Of a DNA stretch of 64,000 bases, positions 55,501-64,000 are shown one piece after another. A program made the translations under genes and the position numbers. This DNA comes from Albugo candida (Eukaryota): positions 372,001-436,000 of the forward strand of contig JBDOQK010000012.1 in NCBI GenBank assembly GCA_040437565.1. The letters are read 5' to 3'. Every line of letters begins with the position of its first letter. Position 1 is the stretch's first letter. A model generated the notes under the pieces. It made no database searches, was not told the origin of the DNA, and saw only the letters and a program-made list of their open reading frames with translations.

Positions 55501-56982
55501 GATGATGAAAATGATGCTGAGAGCACCGGTGATATTCAGGACAGCCCCGCGAATAAACAGGTCAACTTGAGTCGCACTTCATCAAAAGCTATACTCAAGT
55601 TCTCTTCGGAGCGAGGCCACAGCCATTCTGTGTTTCCTCCTGAATTACCAAAGCGAGAATCTCCACAAATTACCCGATCTCGTGCAATCAATTACTCCAA
55701 TGTCTCCGTCGACGTCCAAGATACTCCACGATTTGTTCGCATTCGTCCAATTCGTATTCCGAAATCGTACAGCTTTATGCGTTTGTATCACAGCGCACTG
55801 TATGAGCGGTGGCCTCGCATTATCGTCATTATGATTATCTGCTTTCTCGGCATCAATACAGTATTTGCCATTCTCTACTGGCTTGATCGGGATGCTTTTG
55901 AGGTCAGTGATGCCCTTCAAGTCACGTCGTTCGAAAAGGCTTTCTACATGAGCGTTCACACGTTGTCGACTGTCGGGTACGGTTCTGTCGCACCAACAGC
56001 GAAATCGGTGTATCTCAATCTTTGCGTAATGATGGAATCTGTAGTAGGATTAATTACAGTCACAATCATCACAGGAATCGCTTGGTCCAAATTTGCGCGT
56101 CCGAGAGCACATATTCATTTCTCCTCCAATATTATCATTTCAACGTTTTACGGGCATCGCTGTTTGATGTTTCGTGCTGCAAACACTCGACATAGCGGTG
56201 ATGTTCACGAGAACTTTTTCCGCATCGGTGTCATCCTTACAAACCGAAAGACAGGCTTACGCCAAGTGTATGACGTCCCGCTAGTGACGCCAGAGTGGCC
56301 ATCGATCAAGCTTCCAGCCACATTGATCCACATAATCGACATACATTCTCCGTTTTATCGGTTTAATTCGACAGAAGACTTGTCGAGTGCTCGGGTCGCG
56401 CTGATTGCGCTCATGACAGGTCTCGATACGACATTTGCCGAAAATGTATATGCTCGAAAAATGTATTTTTGGGATGATTTTGCATTCGATCAGCAATTTG
56501 CAGACTTTGCGACCATATCAAGCGAGGGAATTCATGTNNNNNNNNNNNNNNNNNNNNNNNNNNNNNNNNNNNNNNNNNNNNNNNNNNNNNNNNNNNNNNN
56601 NNNNNNNNNNNNNNNNNNNNNNNNNNNNNNNNNNNNNCCATCGATCAAGCTTCCAGCCACATTGATCCACATAATCGACATACATTCTCCGTTTTATCGG
56701 TTTAATTCGACAGAAGACTTGTCGAGTGCTCGGGTCGCGCTGATTGCGCTCATGACAGGTCTCGATACGACATTTGCCGAAAATGTATATGCTCGAAAAA
56801 TGTATTTTTGGGATGATTTTGCATTCGATCAGCAATTTGCAGACTTTGCGACCATATCAAGCGAGGGAATTCATGTGAATTTCAGGTATTTTGATCAGCT
56901 TGTACCCTTTACCTGGCAAGAACAAGACGAGCACGAGCAAAAAGGAGAGCTAGGGCAAAAGTTGGGCTGGCAATTCCTTTGA
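52587..56982 (+). CDS. Tandem (two-domain) inward-rectifier K+ channel; 1019 aa after collapsing four gap overlaps
   Basis: Unit 1: YQTFSTVGFG, GLVFAKFAKP, LVVRVAN, HIVDEQSPLYG, WGYRF. Unit 2: VHTLSTVGYG, GIAWSKFARP, LMFRAANTR, HIIDIHSPFY, FDQQF. Confidence 0.9.
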
Positions 56983-57087
56983 TCCGGAAGCTCAAGGAAC
57001 CAATCAGTATGTAATATACGTAAAAGCACTGTTGTGATTGGCGGAATCTGTCTTATCAAGTCTACTTGGGCTCGCAGTATTTTGTAA

Positions 57088-59036
57088 ATGCGCTCCATCA
57101 TCGACTGGAGTGACGCGCTTGCGTTTACAATCTGTATGCTTCATATAGCTGTGTGCCCCTATACAAAAGTCGAAGAGAGTTTCAATCTTCAAGCTACGCA
57201 CGATTTCCTGCTGAATGGACTCACTGCCCCTTTGAATGCGACCAATTTTGATCATATCACCTTTCCTGGTGTTGTTCCACGCACGTTTATCGGTGCCATT
57301 TTCCTGACCATCCTGTCCTATCCGATCAAATACGTGCTGTATGACATGATACAGTGCTGCTCGATCTGGTCGATTCAAATCATTGTACGCTGCATGCTCG
57401 CATTCGCCGGCTGGATTGCATTGTGCGCCTTGAAACGCAGCATTTCGAGTCGATTTGGGAAGGTAGACATCTGCTGAGGCGATAGGTATCAACTGCTTTT
57501 GACCGTATTGTAGGACACTGCTACTTGTTTCATACTTATTTGCTCGAGTCAATTCCATCTCTTTTACTATTTGGGAAGAACACTACCAAATATGTTTGCT
57601 TTTGTATGCAAAGTTTGTATGTAATTGAATGAATTTATTTGAAATGTTGTATAGATATTGATACTATTTGGCTATTCTGCGTGGCTCAAAGTACGTTTTC
57701 CGTCATGTTCCTCGGGTTCCAATAGCTTTATCCAACTCGTAGAATGATCCGAAATCCGTCATTTGGCTGTTTGTATTCACTACGATCATTTTTCGGAGCG
57801 ACACGAGCTTTTTATTTGCTCCAATTCTTCTCAATTTGCTCGTGACGAACGCAATCTCATTCTGGAAGACCATTCAGCACGGCCTTATCGCATCGTTTAT
57901 TGCGCTTTTCGTTACAATCTCAGTGGATTCTTACTATTGGTACGCTACAGGTAGATCTCTCTTTCTATGCATTGACGACTACTGTCAAGGAATCGATGGG
58001 TATGGCCGGAAGGCGAGGTTTTGTGGTACAATACTGTTCAGAACAAGAGTCACGAGTGGGGAACAATGCCATTTCTGTGGTATTTCTACTCCGCATTACC
58101 TCGTACACTCCTTACAACGGTATGCCTCCTGCCATTTGGTGTGAGGTAAGACACGCGCGTCACAAAACTTCCACTAACTCTTCATGTATTAGTCCTCTTC
58201 TCAGCGCTGCTGTCTCTTGCAGATCCTACCAACAGCTCAGAGAGCTGTTTTCAGTCTTTCCCCTTTTCGACTGGACGTGTGTGGGCATCCTTGGACCAGT
58301 TCTCTTGTATATCGCTCTGTACTCATTCCTTCCTCACAAGGAAACGCGATTCATTTTCAGTACGATCCCAATCTTCAACTTGGTATCGGCGATTGTATGT
58401 GATTGAATGCGTGTCTATGCACTCGTGTTTTCATTTCGATACTCTTAGGGAATGACGAGGATATATCGTCGTCGCATCAAGGTACCGCACACATTGCCCA
58501 CGAGCATTGACTTATGACGCCAACACTGCAGCGTCAATGGCCTTTCATCGTTGCAGTCACATTGCTGGCGATCGCATCTTTTGGCGTCATCATATTTATC
58601 GCTATATCGCGAGTCAACTATCCAGGTGAGCAGCAGACGTGGTCGAATTCCCCACCGTTTGATGACATTGGCTTTAGGCGGACGAGCGCTTGCCTGGCTG
58701 CATGAAGTTGCATCACATGAGAGCTCTTCTCTAAAAAGTGTGTATATCGATACTGCAGCGGCGATAAACGGTGTTAGCCGCTTTGGAGAAATATATCGTC
58801 CAAATTGGACATACGTCAAAGATGAAGACGTCGATTTGGATCGGGATTGGTTTGCATTCGATTATATCATTTCCATCAAATCTCTCGGTAAAATTCCAGC
58901 AAATAAAAAGCGGTCGATCGTGAAAATGGGCTCATCTTCAGGCCTCAATGAAAACGATATAGGATGGTGGTATTTGAGGTTTTTGGTGAAAGCGCCAGAG
59001 CTTCTCGTCTACAATGTCACGCAAAAAAATGGCTAA
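57088..59036 (+). CDS. ALG12: Dol-P-Man alpha-1,6-mannosyltransferase (GT22); multi-exon
   Basis: [41 protein letters not shown] and GVSRF motifs. Confidence 0.92.
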
Positions 59037-59151
59037 AGGAGAGGGCGCAAGCGGGCCAGGTCGATTGAATGCACTGATATTGCCTCTCTTTATTGCTCGT
59101 TCGCTACAATTTTCGCTGTCTTGGGAGTACTCTCCTACATGCTTCGCTCGC

Positions 59152-60096
59152 TCAAGGCTTGGGAACATCCGGTGGATCGATGATGGATCGCACGTTATAT
59201 CGCTTGTGCTGGTGGTAAGTCGTTACTACACTCATACCAAATGTGGTCTTCATATAATATCGTCAGTATGCAATTACTTGTGGTCTTGTCAAATGTCAAT
59301 TCAGCACTGTACCCGGAATATCTCAATCATGATAACGACTGAGGGCTTTGTCAGATTCACTTTGTGGAGCGGATCCATTTCCGACACACACGCATTGATC
59401 ACGTCCATCGACTTGATATGAGTGCAATTTCTTCGTTTTACTTCCACGCAATACTCAATCGGGGAGGCTGATTTGTGATACCCACGCTTTTGAATAAGCT
59501 CTTTGGCGGTTTGCTGAATCTCATTGATGCTCGCATGTCCGATCTTCTCCAAAGGAATTAAACGATTGATAAATCGCGAAGGAATCTCTTTACTTTCTTC
59601 CAATTCTTCAAAAAATCGGATTATGAGCGCTTCCACCGAAACAGTTGTATCCACGCATTTCAGGAGAATAACACCTTTCACACCAGTGTCCAGCGGTGTA
59701 AAACGACCTGTAACTCTCTTTTTGGCATTCGATCGAAGCTCCTGAACCTCTGCGTCGAGTGTCGCCTGTACAGAAGACAAAGGAGACGCAGTGGAAGTGC
59801 ACTCAGTGCTCTCTTTGGACCCAAAGTATCTATCTGCAGCCTCATTGAGGAGATTCAGTGCATCTCGGATTGTTTGCTTTTCTTTGGATCGATCACATGT
59901 GAGCAAGACGCCTTGTGATCCTTTTGCGGCCGACGCATTGGCATTATAGCTTGTATTTCGATTCTATTGCATCGTTCAGTTATAAGGTACGCATTTTTGG
60001 GATTGCATGCGCCGCAATGCTTACTTTTGCGTCCACAGCACCGGTCTTCCATTGCTTCTTACGCTTTACTCGGACGTCATTGGCATCCTTCGACAT
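59152..60096 (-). CDS. THUMPD1: THUMP-domain protein 1 (Tan1); 3 exons
   Basis: LLTCD, LDAEVQELR, RFINRLIP, KVNLTKPSVVIMIEIF and FGMSVV..Y..HKRYNV motifs. Confidence 0.87.
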
Positions 60097-60167
60097 CCTA
60101 TCAATTAATACGTTCTGTACATTGGCTATCCGAATACTAGCCGTACCTCTTCCGACCCGAATTCCAA
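60097..60167. promoter_or_regulatory. 71-nt bidirectional promoter region with ATTGG (reverse CCAAT, 60121-60125)
   Basis: Lies between divergent ATGs of THUMPD1 and the FKBP15-like gene. Confidence 0.5.
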
Positions 60168-62889
60168 ATGGATGCGAACCCAAGCAAACGATTATCGTCT
60201 TTATTCCAGCATGACGCTCGCACGACTGCACCTCAAACACAAGGAAATGACGTATTGAGATACACTGCCCCTCAGGAACCCCCAAATAGCTCCATTTTCA
60301 CGTCGCCAGCGACTGTAAATCCATCAAATGCTCCGGTTTCCATCATCTACAGCACAACGATAACGTTATATCAATATAATAAAGCCTCAGGAAAGTATAT
60401 CTCCATAGGCGATAGTGTCTCAAACGCGCCATCTATCGGATGTGTGATTCTTGGCTCTGTCACTGCATACAATCTCTTACTTTACACGGCAACAAAGCAA
60501 CATATCGCACAGCTTCCCCTTCATTTTACCACATTTAAGCCCACTTTACAACCCAAATTGTATATAAACTTCTATGATCCATCCGGTGTGAATTGGAGCA
60601 TGCGATTCGCTTCTGAAACCCAATTAATGGAGTTTACAACGTGCTGCTTTCTCGTCAAAATACATTGTGAAATATGGGGAAAAGACCGACTTTTGTATAC
60701 AAAATCGGGCACTTTGGCTCTTGAGGTGCTTCAAGAAGATCTGATTCACGTCAATGAGAAACAGAATACGGTCCAAGCGGGCGATACGGTAGCTGTCTCG
60801 TTTCAGTGCTGGCGAATGGTTGGAGACGCGACTGTGAATCCTATGGAAATTATCAAAAAGTATCCGCCAACATTTGAGAAGAGCGGAGAAAAATATTATA
60901 AATTTCGAGTCGGTGATAAAACGGCTCATAATGACGCTGTTTCTTCACTGGTCGATGAGACTGTGCATGGAATGCGCAAAGGAGGTCGACGGATGCTGTT
61001 AGCGCCGCCAAAAAAGACCAACGGAGAAGATTGGTACCTTTTGCAAGTCTCAGTGATAAAAGTAAAAGCAAAGACGAAAGAAAGTAAACTGAAAAGTATC
61101 GATGCAAAAGAGAAAAAGGTCGTGCTCAAAGACGAGATCGAAGCTTTTGAAGAGAAACCTGTCAAGCACAGCTCGTTTTCTTCTCAGCAAGAGCGAAGAA
61201 AAGAAGGTTTAGAGGATGAGTTGGAGATAAGAGAATACAAGCTATTACGTCGTGAGAAGGAATTCCAGCAAGCACTAAGTGCCCAAGAACAGCAGCAGCG
61301 TCTTCCCCTGGGCGCCTCAGCGCTGTATGGGGTCGGAACGCTCAATGCTTCTCACTACACTTCCGGAAAGCCCATCGACACGCTGATGATGGAAGTGCAT
61401 GCAAAATTGGATCATATCATTCGCTCAATGCCCGTTCATGCGAATCGCTCGGCCACGATCAGTTTTGGAACTCCGACGAAAGTGACTTCCATTCTCGACG
61501 GCGTGGAACGTTTAGCGCATGAAAATGAACGTCTGCTACTTCAAATCAATACACAACACGAATCCTTCCAATCGTACGAGAAGCGATGTGAAGAAATGAT
61601 GTATCAGCTTCAGAAAACGCAGGAGGAAAAGCGATTTACTGATGTGAAGTATCAGCAAATGATGACGCAACACGCAAATTGGCAGCAAGAAGTAGCGACG
61701 CTAACAAGTGCTCGAGACACAGCCATCACCCAAACCAATCGCTTACACGGCGAATACCAGCAGCTATTAAATGCTTTCTATCAGAAGCAGCAAGTATCAT
61801 GTACGCTATCTCGTTCGTCTCCTTGTTGCGTGGCTGAGTGTCTGTGATTGTTCTATAGCCGACGCTGAAGAGCGAGCGGAAGAGCTCATGTTTGAGCGGA
61901 AGACCCGAACACGACTCGAAAAAGAGCTGGCAACACAGGCACAGAGTGCCTCCCTCATGGAGCAAGAGCTCGTTTTACTTCGCAAACAATTGGAAATCGC
62001 TCAAAAACTGAGAGAATCAGAAGCTTTATCACAAGCTTCCGATTTTGAAAATCAATTGTTGGCGCAAAAACAGATTTTGAAGCAAACAGAGCAGAAAATG
62101 CACAAAATGGAACAGGAGATGGATAATAGTCATCGTGTCAACCAGCAGGAGAAGGATGAAGAGGTCCAGAACGTCGTTACCGAATGGAAGATGAAGTTGG
62201 GGCAAGTTGAGATGGAATCGAGTCGCTTGGAGGATGAAAACCAGGCTCTGAAAACGCAGATTGAACATCTTCGTGTGGAGATGGGTCGAGGCGACGAATC
62301 CAACAGTGCTGTTGTAACTGAAGCTTCTCTATTTGGTGAAGATTCAGGCGCCGATTTTGAGAATTCCCAGAGGCTTTTTGACCGAATTGAGCTGTTACAG
62401 CAACGTGTACATGAATTGGAACAAGAGAAATTCGCTCGTGTGCAACAAGAACTCGAAGGAACGGGCATTTCTGATTTTCATCGCGGGAACAATATCGGTC
62501 ACGATGAAAAAGCGACTGAATTGGAGAAAGAGCTTGCCGATCAACGAGCTCTAGTGAGGTCGCTAACAGATCAATTGGCTCAAGCGAGCTTACCGAATTC
62601 GAATGAGGATACACGACGCTTTGTTTTATTGTACAAAGACGTTGTCAATGACATGTTTTTCCGGATCCAAGATGCAATCGAAACTAGTCGAACAGATAGT
62701 GAGATGGACGATGATACGAGCCAGCAGATATCTGCTCGGATACGCAAAGTGATGAAGCAAAGCACTCGAGAATTGATGCAGCGACTCGAATCTAAAGTTG
62801 TTCCCGAGCCTTCTGATACGAAAGTATCGGATGGTTCATTGAACGTCAGACACGGAGCCGAGAACTTGGACATCAATGATGGAAGCTAG
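60168..62889 (+). CDS. FKBP15/WAFL-like protein (WH1-like domain, degenerate FKBP domain, long coiled coil); 2 exons
   Basis: RLSSLF, LRYTAPQEP, FYD...NWSMRF, VQAGDTV and GMRKGGRRMLLAPP motifs; Gln/Glu-rich coiled coil; intron near 61794-61858. Confidence 0.75.
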
Positions 62890-63001
62890 AAGCCTTCAAA
62901 GCGTTTGGAATGCGTTATATAACCGCTGAACATCGTGTTTGCTGGCTAGTGTGTGTATTACGATACAAGTACAACAAGATTGATCTCATTGAGCTCATAT
63001 C

Positions 63002-63843
63002 TCACTCTTCTTTGTACTCATCGCCCATGGTTTCCTCTATCGTTCCCTTCAATTCGAGCCTATAGAACCCAAAGTATGAGAAGCGCTTTCATCGGACTTA
63101 TTCAAGCTGACCCCACCGGATTTCTGTGACGTCGTCACCTTGAAGCACATCTTTGAGAAATCTAGCTTCTACCCGCATTTGAACCATTTCCAAAGCTCCA
63201 CGTAAAACACCACAGAGAATATTAGAGTACCAAAGCTCTCCATAAGCGCTGGGAGGCAATTCCACAAATTCTAAGTACACTTTTAGATCCCGCCAATGCT
63301 CACATTTGATGAAAACCTGTCAATGGATTGTCGTGAATCAATAAACTGCACACACTGTTCTCACTGTTCCAATTGGACACTTCGGTCGTTATGCCCAAAA
63401 ACATTTTAAATGCAACTTTTGAAATGACATCTGCGGTTTCTTTAAAATCGGTGCATGAAGTAACGCCGGATTTTGCGAGGAATTCATCGATGAGGCGAAT
63501 GCCGATGTTATATCCCCTGTAGAAGGCATTAGAAGGTTTTTGACAAAAGATATGAATTGGATTTGACTTTACATTTGATCAAGCTGCTGATTGACAGCTT
63601 TGAGATCTTCGTAGTCTTTTATGAGCTGTGGAAATACGCCTAAAGTTCAATTGTGGCGAGCGTAAATCTTTCCGTTGTACCTGTGTGACCATTGCGCCAT
63701 AAGTGAGCGCGAAAAATTCACCATTCTACTTTGATGATCATGAGGAAGATATTTGGTAGGTGAGTGTAGTGGAAACGCACCACTTTGGCTGCTTTATTCC
63801 ACGCGAGCTCGCCAATTCGCTGTATTGGCTTTGCATTTGACAT
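63002..63843 (-). CDS. BET3: TRAPP complex subunit 3 (BET3); multi-exon
   Basis: EFFALTYGAMV, GYNIGIRLIDEFLAK, NPL.EFVELP and LWYSNILCGVLRGALEMVQ motifs. Confidence 0.96.
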
Positions 63844-64000
63844 CGATTCCACTTACTGCATTTCGCAATAGTTTACATCTCTTTGGTTAGGATTGCATGA
63901 ATAGACTCTCATGTTTGTTTATTTACGAATGGATGCAAGTGCTCGTGCGAAGTTCTTTTCGAGGCAGCATCTCAAATAAAACGCTGAAGAGGCTCAAGTA

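Noticed and set aside
53484-56876. Internal peptide repeats in the Kir ORFs
   Set aside because: Each is an exact overlap flanking a 100-N gap and collapses cleanly in frame.
1-64000. Prokaryotic or mobile systems (CRISPR, operons, transposases), tRNA/rRNA genes and U12-type introns
   Set aside because: None recognised by eye; the introns I inspected were GT-AG with no (G/A)TATCCTT donor.

Overview
Gene-dense eukaryotic nuclear DNA with short GT-AG introns (mostly 50-90 nt) and intergenic gaps often under 100 nt. The gene content and compactness suggest an oomycete, possibly Albugo; this taxon call is inference. About 33 protein-coding loci are supported, including organellar ThrRS, CWC15, CWC22, ERCC1, NDUFS4, a CAX antiporter, a PPR protein, a CaMK-type kinase, RMI1, Vps39, TMEM18, a PP6 regulatory subunit, HROB, EAF6, ALG12, THUMPD1, an FKBP15-like protein and BET3. 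Thirteen 100-N scaffold gaps are present, nine flanked by unmerged duplicate overlaps that create false gene duplicates. The two strongest observations are (1) an unannotated two-hairpin box H/ACA RNA in the one long ThrRS intron, whose 3' pocket is complementary to the U2 snRNA branch-point recognition region, and (2) a gene that, once gap overlaps are collapsed, encodes a 1019-aa polypeptide with two inward-rectifier K+ channel units with different filters (TVGFG and TVGYG). Others include a triple SUMO-like-domain protein, convergent genes sharing stop-codon bases, a candidate secreted effector and several unusual domain architectures. No tRNA, rRNA, CRISPR or recognisable transposon was seen. 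All structures and exon calls were made by eye.
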